From Eledone cirrhosa (lineage: Eukaryota): a stretch of 64,000 nucleotides of DNA. The number at the start of each line of letters is the position of its first letter. The stretch's first letter is position 1. Positions 29,893 to 45,325 of this stretch are shown piece after piece. The notes beneath the pieces are model-generated. The model made no database searches and had not been told where the DNA came from. It saw nothing but the letters and a program-made list of their open reading frames with translations. Location of the stretch: contig OZ024741.1 in the NCBI GenBank assembly GCA_964016885.1, positions 161,324,001-161,388,000 on the forward strand. Reading direction: 5' to 3'. The translations under genes and the position numbers were made by a program.

Positions 29893-30027
29893 AGATGTTT
29901 TTATTAGATGATAGGTTGGATATTCTTTTTCCAATATTACTAACTATAGCATTCTTAATATTAAGAATGCTATAGTTAGTAATATTGGAAAAAGAATATC
30001 TAACCTATCTTCTAATAAAAACATCTT
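29892..30027. repeat. 136-bp spacerless palindrome at the 5' truncation point of a PLE ORF
   Basis: Centre 29959/29960; right arm encodes IKNAIVSNIGKRISNLSSNKNIF. Confidence 0.92.
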
Positions 30028-31039
30028 CGATGCTAACGCCAATTACTATAATAACGCGCTTTCTAAAGCCGGCTATCCTGATAAAATCAAATATAATAAA
30101 GAAACAAATTCTTACAGTAGAATAATTAATCATGATCATTCCAATAACTTTAATAAAAGACCTAGATACAAAAACATAATCTGGTATAATGCTCCTTTCT
30201 CCATCTCTATTAATAATAATATTCCTAAATTATTCTTTAGTGCCTTAAATAAATGCTTCCCTCCCTCACATATCTATAGTAAAATATTTAACAAACACAC
30301 TATAAAATTTTCCTATTCGACATCAAACATTTCCAACATTATCTCTAAACACAACAATAAAATACTAAATACTAAATCTCTTCCTTCCAACACTGAATAT
30401 CATAATAATAGTAATAGTACTCCCGACGTCATTGTAAACCCTAGGCTAATTTCTGCAAACCCAAATACAACGTCAAACACAACTTCGCTAAATGTTCTTA
30501 ATCCCATTCTAAATCAAGAAACTATTATTCCTATCACAAATAACTTCTCCAATCCAATTCCTTCTATAGATAACACTAGGTCACTCGTTAATAATCTCTC
30601 TAATCGCAATTGCAATTGCCCTGCTAAAAATAAATGTCCTCTCAACAACCATTGTCTTGATAAAAACTTAATTTACGAATGTAAAGTTATAACTGACACC
30701 AATTCCTTCACCTATTTTGGCTCCACTTCCACCTCCTTTAAAGCTCGTCTTTATAATCATCATTCGTCTTTTAAATATAAACTTAAAAGAACCAACACGG
30801 CTCTCTCAGAACTCATATGGTCCTTGAAAGACAAAAATATTAAATATAACATCTCTTGGAAAAAGGTTTCCTCTGCTTCTTTATACTTGAACAGTTCTCT
30901 ATCCAAGACTTGCAATCTCTGTCTGAATGAAAAATTTACCATTATATCTAATTTAGATTCTATAATAAATAGACGCACTGACTTGTTTTCTATCTGCTTG
31001 CATAAATTCCACAGAACTTTCCATAAAGTATACAGCTAA
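29960..31039 (+). pseudogene. PLE thumb, linker and GIY-YIG endonuclease
   Basis: ALSKAGY, IIWYNAPFS, CNCPAKNKCPLNNHCL, YFGST, LSELIWSLK, CNLCLNEK; frameshift near 30320. Confidence 0.9.
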
Positions 31040-31078
31040 TATCCTAAACTTTATCAATTCAGAATCCTTTTCTCAAAG

Positions 31079-31142
<64 letters not shown>

Positions 31143-31489
31143 TTCTTTAAAAATATACCCATCTTTCTACCTTATTTCAAAGTTATTTATCATATTCTAT
31201 ATCATTCCTATTCATCACTTCCCTTTCTTCCTTTTCCTTTTCTTTTCTTTTTCTTTTAATTTCTAACTCCTAATCTGTACCTTTTCTCACTGTGCCTAAC
31301 ATAGAAACAATTATTACACAATACACTATATTCTTACTTTATATCACCTTGAAAAAATCCTTCGTAAACATAAACATTTTTTTTTACGTTAGATTATTCA
31401 TCCTCTATTCATTATTTTTTTCTCACTTTCATCTAACTTATTCATGCTCATATCACAATATATCCTTACTTACATTACTTCTGTTTTTT

Positions 31490-31660
31490 TAATAATACAT
31501 ATCAACATTTTCTTTCCATCGCACATATTATTAAACCCTTAAAATTATTCTTAATACATATTAACATTTTCTTTCCATCGCACATATTATTAAACCCTTA
31601 AATATTATTCTTAATACATATTAACAATTTCTTTTCATCGCACATATTATTAAACCCTTC
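31490..31660 (+). repeat. Three ~60-bp tandem units
   Basis: TAATACATAT.AACA..TT...CATCGCACATATTATTAAACCCTT occurs three times. Confidence 0.9.
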
Positions 31661-32026
31661 AATATACAAACCTTAACTTTACATTATTTTTCTCTTCGTT
31701 AATTTTCAAATTCTTTTAATTTATACATTATCTTCCAATAGTTTTTCAACCTCTCTATGTAAAACAATATTTTTTTCTCAGTTATAAAAGCTATCTCTCT
31801 CTCTCTATCAGCCATCTCTCCTCCTATCTCATCCTTCCTCATTATACTCCTCCCCCTCCACTTTTTACTCTCATCTCTTCCTCTTTTTCATCCTTTCCAA
31901 CCTCCCCCCCCTAAAAAAAAATGTTTTCCCCAATATCACACATCAATCTTAAAACTACTTTTCATATGTTAATTTAAAACTGCCACTATCCACAAGTGTT
32001 TTTTAACCTTCATATCATGTCCTCCT

Positions 32027-32096
32027 GTTTTATCTGATGAAAACACAAATATTATTGCATGATGATATTTGTTTTTTGAAATGCGCATAATAAAAT
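32027..32096 (+). ncRNA. Type I hammerhead in the 3' pseudo-LTR of the PLE
   Basis: GTTTTAT-CTGATGA-stem II-GAAA-TGCGCA-TA-ATAAAAT; palindromic stem III ATGCGCAT. Confidence 0.82.
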
Positions 32097-32162
32097 ACAT
32101 GGAACTTATTTAACCATCTTTTGATCTTATATATTATGTATATATATATGTATATATATATG

Positions 32163-32193
<31 letters not shown>

Positions 32194-32210
32194 GTATATA
32201 TATACATATA

Positions 32211-32826
32211 TGTCAGGTCACCAGTTGGTGCTACTGGTAACATGTATCCCAGTACAACCTGTCCCATGGTCGGGTCGTTGGCGACTAAACTGGCAACCCC
32301 CACCAAGGTTTCTTGGTGAGGAGGGTGACTTTTGGACATCCTGCAGGACTAAAAACAAAACCTGTCAAAGGGCAAAGGAGCTCTTAAGAGTCAATGGCCA
32401 TCCAAAAATCACCGGGAGAGATGACCCCTTAGCCTTTGTCAAGGCAGAATTCTAGGGAGAAGGAAAACTCTGATATAAACACCTGCAACCCTGATGGTAT
32501 CCCAATGATGTTGACTTGTTCTTCTTTTTGGTAAATATCATCTTGGTTAAGAGAGTGGGACTGGCTTTGTGCAGTGCCTTTGCTCACTATAAAAGCTTCA
32601 CGGCACAGGCATTGCTTTATATCTGGAGATCTCTCTGCACTTGTCGTCACATGGTACCATGGGCCCAGCACTATGTGTCAGTAATTGTCACAAGTGTAGT
32701 GTTTGTACCAGAGTTTTCAAGTCGCTGGCTGGACTAAAAAGTCACACTCGTTCAGCGCATTGGTAGGGGTTCTCCTACATGGATATAAAGTAGTGGCCGT
32801 ACTCGAAAACGAGTTGGCAGCCACCA
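32211..32826 (+). mobile_element. 616-bp TG...CA element (solo-LTR-like) within (TA)n
   Basis: Starts TGTCAGG, ends GCCACCA, TATAAAA at 32588; partial copies at 1, 58294 and 63586. Confidence 0.7.
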
Positions 32827-33144
32827 TATATATACATATATATATATGTATATATATACATATATATAGATACATATATATATGTATATATATATACATA
32901 TATATATGTATATATATATATATGTATATATATATACATATATATATGTATATATATATATACATATAGATACATATATATATGTATATATATATACATA
33001 ATATGTATATATATATATATGTATATATATATAATATATATATTATATTATATATACATATACATATATTATACATATATATATGTATATATATATACAT
33101 ATATATATGTATATATATTATATATATATATATTACATATATAC

Positions 33145-33176
<32 letters not shown>

Positions 33177-33511
33177 GTATTATATACATATATATATATG
33201 TATATATATACATATATATATATATACATATATATATGTATATATATACATATATATATGTATATATATATACATATATATACATATATATATGTATATA
33301 TATATGTATATATATATATATGTATATATATATACATATATATATGTAATATATATATACATATATATATGTATATTATAACATATATATATATATGTAT
33401 ATATATACATATATATATGTACATATATATATATGTATACATATATATATATATATATACATATGTACATATGTATATATATACATATATCTATATATAC
33501 CTATATAAATG

Positions 33512-33564
<53 letters not shown>

Positions 33565-33647
33565 GTATATATATACATATATATATACCTATATAAATGT
33601 ATGTATATATATACATATATATATATATATACCTATATAAATGTATG

Positions 33648-33681
<34 letters not shown>

Positions 33682-33985
33682 CCTATATAAATGTATGTAT
33701 ACATATATATATATATCTATATAAATGTATGTATACATACATATATATATATATACCTATATAAATGTATGTATACATATATATATATGCCTATATAAAT
33801 GTATATATACATATACATATATATATATACCTAAATGAATGTATATATATATATATATATTTATATATAATATATTATATATATATATATATATTATATA
33901 TATATATATATACACCTATATAAATGTATATATATACATATATATATATACCTATATAAATGTATATATATATATACCTATATAA

Positions 33986-34061
<76 letters not shown>

Positions 34062-34065
<4 letters not shown>

Positions 34066-34214
34066 AAGGCGGGTAAAATTCCCGGGATCCATGGACGAGT
34101 TCTCTCCAGCCGTCTCTGTCCCGCATTATCGCTGCTATGTCCTGCGTCTCCAACAGACCAGTGTCTGTCCTTAGGGCATCAACACACGTTAACCTTGGTC
34201 TTCCTCTTCGAGTG
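34062..34214 (-). mobile_element. 150-bp 3' terminal copy of the 25.4-kb RTE family
   Basis: Matches 25361-25515. Confidence 0.9.
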
Positions 34215-34341
34215 TATATATGTATATATATATATATGTATATATATACATACAGATATATATACCTATATAAATGTATATATATACATATATATATATA
34301 TACCTATATAAATGTATATATATACATATATATATATATAC

Positions 34342-34396
<55 letters not shown>

Positions 34397-35501
34397 TATA
34401 CCTATATAAATGTATATATATACATATATATATATACCTATATAAATGTATATATATACAATATATATATATACATATGTATATATATATATATATATAT
34501 ATTCATATATATGTATATATATATATTTATATATATATATATATATATATACATATATATATACATATATATATACATATATATATATATATACATATTA
34601 TATATATATACATATTATATATGTATATATATACATATATATATATACATATATATATATACATATATGTATATATATACATCTATATATACATATATAT
34701 ATATACATATATATACATATATATATACATACATATATATATATATGTATATATATATACCTATATATATATATATATACATATATATATGTATATATAT
34801 ACATATATATATACATATATATATATGTATATATATACATATATATATACATATATATATGTATGTATATATATATGTATATATATATATACATATATAT
34901 ACATATATATATATATGTATATATATATATACTTTTTGCCCGAGAAAATGTCTGTGTGTCATCAAATGTTGTACACACATAGATATTTTTTCAATTTCCA
35001 ATTGAGTTCTAGCACGTGGCCTGAATTCCTTTTAGAGTTCATTGTCATGCGCATGTATTGTTTTATTTTGGCGGTAATTTACTTCCTCATTTTTGAATCA
35101 GTTTGAGCATTTTTTAGAACTGCTGGACTAGCAACCTGACAGATACATCAGGCACTGATGATGATTATCGCTAAATACTGATGTTGGTTAGATTATCAAT
35201 ATTAGTATTATTGGGGCACCCACTGATGAATTATAGGAGCCCACTTGAATATATATCTATTGATGGTATACAAGCTCCTACATAAATTGGTATAATTTCA
35301 CCCAACTTGTAGGAATCCTATAATGAAACGAGACCTCCGTCTGGGAAGAGATATATTCGATATGTCTTATATGAAATAATGCAGCCAATTTTTAGTTAGC
35401 ACCCCGAACGCATAATTAGGAATATAATCACTTATTCCTAATGTTTGTTGAGTGAGTTGGAATATGGCCGGAGTATCGCTAAAAAGCTTTCTCCGATATT
35501 G

Positions 35502-35574
<73 letters not shown>

Positions 35575-36280
35575 ACCACTAACTGATTCTGGCTGAATGT
35601 ATCTTAATATCCACACTTATTTTGACTAAATAGTCTCACACAAAGAAATAAAACCGGAGTTTTTTTTATCTTCCCTTTTAATCATATAAATATAAATATA
35701 CATATTCTTACTTAACTCAGTTAATTTAATTTAATTTAATTTAATTTAACTTTAAATTATTCTCAATTTTAAATACATATTTATTTACATAAAATACAAA
35801 ACCTATATCCCTCATAACTCATTTGAACAAATATCTATAACATGATATACCCATCTATTTATTTATTTATTTATCTACTTATAAATGAATGAAAAATATT
35901 ATATTATAAACAAATTTTAAATAAATGATAATCGTAAAATATCCTTTTAATATAAATACACATAATATTAAGATATATATTTACATATAAACATAGGTAA
36001 TTGTCCGAATATATATCCCTCAAGTTAAAGTTATATAAGTTTTATTCATCTTCGGTTTTTCCTTCTTCTCTCTCTCTCACTATTTTTTCCTTCTTCTTTT
36101 CTCTCTTCTTTTACTCCATAGTAGTTTAAATAAACGGTTGTTTTACAATTATTTACATATTCATTTGCATATTCACTCATAAGTTTGAAAAATCCATAAT
36201 ACATTTCCACTATCCAGAGAATATCCAACTGATAAGGTATGATTTTCCTGGGTATGTCTCTATTTATAAAACAAATTTTG

Positions 36281-36343
36281 TATTTTATCAGAAGATAGCG
36301 TACCAAAGTCTTTTGGTACCCTTGAAATATATATAATGAAATA
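36281..36343 (+). ncRNA. Hammerhead in the 5' pseudo-LTR, core mutated (CAGAAGA)
   Basis: Copy of 39935-39997, about 195 nt upstream of the ORF ATG. Confidence 0.65.
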
Positions 36344-36538
36344 AATATGGTTTTATAAATATAGTTTCCATTTATTTAATATCCTTGAATATTTACTCCA
36401 GGAAATGTTGAGTGCTCTAAATCAGTTATAAACATTTATATTTATATTTGTCGGATTTCCAGCAAATTAAATACCCTTTCTACTTATAAATAGCTCCTTT
36501 AATGTTGAGCACTTTAAATTATAACTGATTGATAAATA

Positions 36539-37187
36539 ATGGAATACTTTAGGATTTCTTCTTCTCTAAAAGATGTACCTTTACCTAAGAATAAGGACTA
36601 TCTTAAACAACTCATTGAGAAATCTGACTCCTTTATACGAAGACTTAGATGGCGTGCCTTCCATTTTGATGAAAATCAGAGGAAAAAAACAAATAAATCC
36701 AGTTACAACTTCGATATGATCTTCAAATCCAAGAAGAATCCACCTAACAACAAACTATTAATGGAATTTGAAAACAAAATAATATCGATTATACAAAACA
36801 TCAAATTCAAGAAAAAACAATTTGTAGGCCAGGAATACCTTAAAGGCCTCAAGAATAATATAGACAATCTTGAAAAAACTGAGAAGATCCTCGTAAAACC
36901 TGATAAAACTAACAATCTATACGGAATGCAAAAGGACGAATATAATAACCTTATATTGAAAGAACTAAGGAAAAACTACAAAATAACAACTAATGAAGAT
37001 CTTAAAATGTTAAATAGAGAAGCTTCTGAAATAATTCATAAATTAGGCATCGAAAATAGGACCGAATCCTTTATACCTAAAAGACTGAAAATTAACCTGA
37101 AAGACCACAAAAGAAACTTTGAAATAGAACTACCAGTCAGACTTATAGCACCATCTAAATTAGACTTAGGCATAGTTAGTAAACATA
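36539..37187 (+). pseudogene. PLE ORF N-terminus (pre-RT region)
   Basis: SLKDVPLP, FIRRLRWRA, DKTNNLY, LKDHKRNF, RLIAP..K.DLG. Confidence 0.88.
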
Positions 37188-38115
37188 TCTCCTTATAATA
37201 TATAACCAGCAATTTCTCTATCTGTCTGTCCGACAGTGGAAACACGTGCACGCGTGCGAATGTTTTTTGCGCACGCGTAGAGAGAGAGTGAGAGTGAAAG
37301 AAAGAGACAGACTACGAGAGGGAGATAGCGGGGGAGAGAGAGAGTGAATAGACGCTAAAACACGTGCGCGCGTGCGAATGTGTTTTGCACACGCGTAGAG
37401 AGAGAGTGAGAGTGAAAGAAAGAGACAGACTACAAGAGGGGGATAGCGGGTGGGAGAGAGGGGGGAATTGAGGAGTGCTAAAGAAACATATATACATTTC
37501 TGTGTGTGTGTAATATATATATATATATATATACACACACAGAAATATATATATATACACACAGAAATATATATACATTTCTGTGTGTGTAATATATATA
37601 TACACACACACACAAATATATATACATTTCTGTGTGTGTAATATATATATATATATATACACACACAGAAATATATATACATTTCTGTGTGTGTAATATA
37701 TATATATATACACACACAGAAATATATATATATTTCCGTATGTGTATATATATATATATATATTACACACACAGAAATGTATATATATATACACACAGAA
37801 ATATATATACATCCCTTAGCTACTGTACTGTATCTGTTGCTATCTCTCTCTCTCTCCAGCTATCCCTCTCTTTTAGTCTGTCTGTTTCTCTCACTCTCAC
37901 TCTTTCTCTTTGTAACACACTAACATTCCTCCCCTCTATCGCTGTGACGAATGGGGAGATGGAGGAGGAGGAGGAGAGAGTCACTTCGTCACTTCACCTC
38001 TGCCTTTCTTTCTCTCCCCTCTCACTCCCTCATTACGTACAGACATTAGGGCGGTGGATTGGCAGAATCTGTAGAGAGTCGGACACCATGCTATGAAGCA
38101 TGGAGCGTTAAAACA
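37188..38115 (+). mobile_element. Foreign insertion replacing the PLE RT core; possibly a Helitron-like 5' end
   Basis: A|TC start, CTGTCTGTCC, two ~119-bp units, CACACAGAAATATATA minisatellite, SINE A head at 38050; no 3' hairpin or CTAG found. Confidence 0.4.
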
Positions 38116-38790
38116 TTAAGCGTTAAAACACCTTTAGCAAAGCTATTCTTTAAAGCACTAGACAAATGTTTTCCTAAAGCCCACATATACCACTCAATTG
38201 TTAACAGACATACTATAAAACTATCCTACTCTACTACTATGAACATAGCACAAAATATAAATAGAATTAATAATAGAAACTTAAATTTAAACCCTAACCA
38301 AAATATTCAAAATAGCAGTAATAATTCTAGCAATATCCAACCTCATAGTACCGTTCCGAGCAACAACAACTCCGTAAAATGCAACTGTAAAATTAAATCA
38401 AACTGTCCTTTACAAAATAAGTGTTTAGATAAAAACGTGGTCTATAAATGCACAGTTAAAACTAGTGATAATATATTTAACTATGTCGGTGCAACTTCTA
38501 CAGAATTTAAAAGTCGCTGGAATAACCACAATTTTTCTTTCCGAAGATTTGATTAAAAAAATCTTCAACTTCTCTTTCAAACCTGATATGGAACTGAAAA
38601 TGTAAGAATATAGAATATTCATTAGCTTGGGAAACAGTTTGAAAAGCACCCGCATACCGAAACACAGCTCTATCCAGATTCTGCAAATTGTGTATTGAGG
38701 AAATTTTTTATATACTTAACTGTAAAAACTCAATTAATCTAAGAACGAATTTATTTAATTCTTGTAGACGTCGCCAGAATTCAACATTCA
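38116..38790 (+). pseudogene. PLE linker and GIY-YIG endonuclease
   Basis: LDKCFP, NRHTIKLSYST, CNCKIKSNCPLQNKCL, YVGAT, FKSRWNNH, CKLC. Confidence 0.9.
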
Positions 38791-39934
38791 GAACTATATA
38801 TAACTTATAATTATACTTATAATATTCCTATTAATCTCCATAACAATCTCATCTACTTGGTTTTAATATATTAATATCTCTAAATTATATCTCTAACATT
38901 TGTTGTACTTCCATTTCTTAAAAATGTTCATATAATATATATGCATATAATTCTAATTTTTTTTATTTGAATCATTTTTTATTTCTTTAAAAATTACTTA
39001 TCTCTTAAAAAATTTTTTTGAAAGGTTTTTTTTTTATTTTCTCAAAATTTTTTCAAAATTTTTTCTCAAGATTTAAAAAATGTTTTTTGTTTTTTTTTTA
39101 ATACTTTTTTCAATATTCTTTTCAATATTTTTAAATATATTTTTTAATATATTTTTTCAATATATTTTTTCAATATTTTTTCAATATCTTTTCAATATAT
39201 TCTCAATATTTTTTCAATATTGATTCAATAGATTAATAACCACTAACTGATTCTGGCTAAATGTATCTTAACCTCTATACTTATTTTGATTAAATAGTCT
39301 CACACAAAGAAATAAAACCGGAGTTTTTTCCTTATCTTCCCTTTTAATCATATAAATATAAATATAAATATTCTTACTTAACTCAGCTAATTTAATTTAA
39401 TTTAATTTAATTTAACTTTAAATTATTCTCCATTTTAAATACATATTTATTTACATAAAATACAAAACCAATAACCCTCATAACTCATTTGAACAAATAT
39501 CTATAACATGATATACCCATCTATTTATTTATTTATTTATCTACTTATAAATGAATGTAAAATATATTATAAACAAATTTTAAACAAATCGTAAAATATC
39601 TTTTTAATATAAATACACATAATATTAAGATATATATTTACATATAAACATAGGTAATTGTCCGAATATATTTCCGTCAAATTAACGTTATTTGAGTTTT
39701 ATTCATCTTCGGTTTTTCCTTCTCTCTCTCTCACTATTTTGTCATTCTTCTCTGCTCTCTTCTTTCTCTCCATAGTCGTTTAAATAAACGGTTGTTTTAC
39801 AATTATTTACATAATCATTTGCATATTCACCCATAAGTTTGAAAAATCCCTAATACATTTCCACTATCCAGAGAATATCCAACTGATAAGGTATGATTTT
39901 CCTGGGTATGTCTCTATTTATAAAACAAATATTG

Positions 39935-39997
39935 TATTTTATCTGAAGATAGCGTACCAAAGTCTTTTGGTACCCTTGAAATATATATAATAAAATA
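39935..39997 (+). ncRNA. Type I hammerhead in the 3' pseudo-LTR
   Basis: TATTTTAT-CTGAAGA-(GTACCAAA/TTTGGTAC)-GAAA-TATATA-TA-ATAAAATA. Confidence 0.78.
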
Positions 39998-40039
39998 AAT
40001 ATGGTTTTATAAATATAGTTTCTATTTATTTAATATCAT

Positions 40040-40080
<41 letters not shown>

Positions 40081-40116
40081 AATAAGTCAAATGTTTAAAA
40101 TTTGGCTTCGTTTATT

Positions 40117-40171
40117 ACTGCGATATATATTTCGGTGACAGCCATCTTTGGCTGTGAGCTCTTCAGGCAGT
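40117..40171 (-). ncRNA. Type I hammerhead in an inverted pseudo-LTR
   Basis: ACTGC-CTGAAGA-(ACAGCCA/TGGCTGT)-GAAA-TATATA-TC-GCAGT. Confidence 0.78.
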
Positions 40172-40239
40172 CCGAATTAGTGTGGTAGAGACGAGTATAC
40201 ATGTTGTTGAGGTATTTAATTTTGTCAATACTCTGATAG

Positions 40240-41850
40240 GAGGAGACACAGAAAAATCACGTGGTACAACCCACCCTACTCAGCGGCCCTGAAGAACAGC
40301 TTGGCCCGATCATTCTTTGGAGCACTTGATAAATGCTTCCCGAGGGACTATAGATACCACAAGATCTTCAACAGACACACTGTGAAACTCTCGTATTCCA
40401 CCACGAGAAATCTGGCCCAACACATAGCTAGCATCAACAGGAGTTGGCAATCAAAGCACTCAGCAGAACCATGTGGAAGGTGAGAAAGGGCGACCCAGTG
40501 CCCACCAAAGAAACAGACCCGGGGACCCCCCACCGTTCCCGGGGGAAGACCACCATGTAACACTTAACGGGAACCCCACTCTAGGCACGCAGAGGTCGAC
40601 CACCCTCTGCAACTACATAAACCCCGAATCATGCCCCTTTGGTAATGAATGCCTTAAGAAGAACCTAGTATACGGTTGTAGGGTTAAAACCCCCAACTCC
40701 AAACACCTCTACATAGGAGCCACATCAACGAGCTTTAAAGGAGGCCAAAAGGAAAAGTACGGCTCTCTCCGACCTGATCTGGAAGCTTAAGCTGAACAGG
40801 ACCCCATACTCTCTGGCCTGGTCCATAATCAGGAAAGTACCACCCGATAAAGGAGGATCTGGCATATGCAAACTATGTCTGAACGAGACCCTCGAGATAC
40901 TAAGAGGTGGAAGCCGCCTGATAAACCTCAGAACCGACTTCTTCGGGACATGCAGACACCTCAGGGCCGGGACCTTCCTCAAGATATATGGACAGTAGCA
41001 ACACAATAAGATGTGAACTTCCCTCAAGCTATAGGGACTTCTCCAGAACATGTAGACACCTCTCGGCCAGACCTCTCTCAAGTTATATGGGCAGTAACAA
41101 CACCATAGGTTGGGAACTCCCCTCAAGCCATAGGGACCAACCCAGGCTGAGCAGACACCTTGATAGCCTAGAGATTGATTCTGACACAGCCTTTATAATT
41201 TGGCCAACATCTTTATAACACACACGCATTTTACTTTACTTGATTTTTCATTTTTCATTTTTCATTTTTGATTTCTCATTATTCATTTATTTGTTTTCTT
41301 CACTTTATCATTTTATATTTATATTTAAGTTGAGATTGGTTATAACACACACATTTTATTTGATTATCCTATTTCGTTTTATTCTTTTACCATCTTGTTC
41401 CTCCTACCACTTTATCCAACATATTACTGACCTTGAAATTGGTTATAGCACACACACATTGTATCTTATTTTACTTGAATCTTCATTTTTATTTTTCACT
41501 TTTCATTTTAATTTTCCATTTTCCATTTTCATTTTTCATTACATTTTCATTTTTCATTACTTTTTCATTACTTTTTCATTACTTTTTCATTAATTCTTCA
41601 TTTATTCTCTATTTATTATTTATTTTCTGTTTTCTTCATTTTATTGCCTTCTATTTCTTCATATACATGGCAGATAAGTACCAATCAGTACGAAACAGAG
41701 CTCTGTCAGCTTTATCTCCCCTGTTTGCTGAAAATTTAAAGTAAGTGAGACTGTCACTACTCTAAAACAATAGCGTAAGGTCTTCGAAATGCTTTTAATT
41801 AAGCATACAGTGAATTGCAAAATACACTATATATACATTCATATATATAT
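40240..41850 (+). mobile_element. 5'-truncated PLE: GIY-YIG pseudogene (40240-40995), ~100-bp tandem duplications of the ORF end, T-rich UTR, decayed HHR (41665-41712)
   Basis: TWYNPPYS, FNRHTVKLSYST, YIGAT, CKLCLNE, CRH; CAGATAA-GTAC..GTAC-GAAA-CAGAGCTCTG-TC. Confidence 0.85.
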
Positions 41851-41874
41851 ATAGCTATTTCAGAGCATCAATTC

Positions 41875-43556
<1,682 letters not shown>

Positions 43557-44784
43557 GACCCGGGGGGGTAGACTAGGGCTATAACACCCCACTTGCCGAT
43601 TTTGCAATGGGTAACCCCTGCTTGCCAAGGAAGACGTAAGATCTTCTTTGTATTCTTTTATCGCTTCCTTTATTTCCTTCCCCCCTCTCTCCCTTGTCCT
43701 TCTACCCCAGCTCTTCTCCTTTGTCGGCGTCTTTTCTCGCCCACCCGAGGCTGCCCTTTGGCCCCATGTAGCCTTAGTACCCCCACCACCCCCTCCCCTA
43801 GTCTATGATAGATTTGGCGGACTCCGCCCTTTATAGCAGTTGGCTTAGACCCCGGATACTTGCCCCCTTTTTCCGACCGCTCCCACTATTCTCTGTGCCC
43901 TCTATATTTCTTAGTGGCACTTATGCCTTATTTTTTCGTTTCAGTATTTCTTGCTTCGCTTTTCTTCTGGGCGAGGTGGATTCTGAATTTATTTCTCCGT
44001 ATTCTACCTTTATTTCGTACGAACTTTCATGTAGCTTGTTTTAGATCTTTTAGAGTTAGCATTAGTATATATTTTTCTCGGGACTCAGAATTATTATCTC
44101 GTACAAGTTCACTTTGCTGCACTGGGTCGTTGCTGGCCCGGGATGGAAACCTTTATTGTTTATTTCGTGGTAGTCTCTTTAGTATTTTGGCCCCTTTTGT
44201 TGACCCGTCACCGTATCATTTACGTACTTATACCTCTTAAAAGGGTCCTTGCCTATTTCGTCCCACCTAGTTCTTTTACTTATTTCGTTATTTATTTATT
44301 TATTTATTTACTTCTTTCTTTCTTTCTTTATTTTATTCTAGCCTAACAATAGCCTGACACCTAGGTCGTAGAATTTAATTTACTTTACTTTTTTCTTTAC
44401 ACTTATTTGCTTTTCTTCACTCTCAGTATTTTTTTCTTTCCTATTTCTACCCCCCATTGTTCTACCTACCGTTCCGACTTCCTCCCCCTTCCCCTCCCCT
44501 GTATCTTCTTTGACCTCATGCCCAGCTGTAGCTGGCACTACCAACGCTTGATTGGGTCTATTCCACCCCCTCCCCTCTTTCTCCTACTGGCAGGTTTAGC
44601 CACCATCTCCCCTACTAATTTGCAACCACAGAATTACTACTGATTTTTGACAATCACTTTGACCATATATGGAATTACCCCTTGAGAAGATCGCCTATTT
44701 AAATACCAGGATAAATTTTCATTTAGTCCAGAATTAGCCGTCGAAACGGCTTGAGCTCAGCTGTCGGGGTCTTACTGGTTCCTA
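43557..44784 (+). mobile_element. Second, longer copy of the non-coding HHR element; U3-A8 HHR at 44677-44770
   Basis: Near-identical to 22786-23812; TA repeats on both sides. Confidence 0.88.
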
Positions 44785-44882
44785 TATATATATATATATA
44801 TATATCTATATATATATATATATACATATATGTATATATATATATATATATATACTTATATATATATGTATATATATATACG

Positions 44883-44973
<91 letters not shown>

Positions 44974-45024
44974 TTATATATATATACATATATATATACG
45001 TATATACATACATATATATATACG

Positions 45025-45056
<32 letters not shown>

Positions 45057-45133
45057 CATATATATATACATATATATATATATACATATATATATACATA
45101 TATATATATACATATATATATATACATATATAT

Positions 45134-45220
<87 letters not shown>

Positions 45221-45278
45221 TATATACGTATGAAATATATGAAATATAAGAATCAAAGAACTGTTCAAAACATTTTTG

Positions 45279-45325
45279 TGCTTACAACTGTTTCCTCGAA
45301 ACTGAGGTTTGGATTCTTCGGAGCA
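45279..45325 (-). ncRNA. Hammerhead with one core change (CCGAAGA) at the 3' end of a minus-strand PLE
   Basis: TGCT-CCGAAGA-..CTC/GAG-GAAA-CAGTTG-TA-AGCA. Confidence 0.6.

Larger units (their letters stand above)
35571..40040 (+). mobile_element. PLE flanked by ~810-bp direct pseudo-LTRs (35571-36385, 39234-40040); RT core missing
   Basis: Direct repeats; N-terminal ORF at 36539; EN at 38116-38790; HHR in both repeats. Confidence 0.9.

Noticed and set aside
35106-35500. Several CTGATG motifs suggesting an HHR or C/D snoRNA
   Set aside because: No supporting stems or correctly spaced boxes
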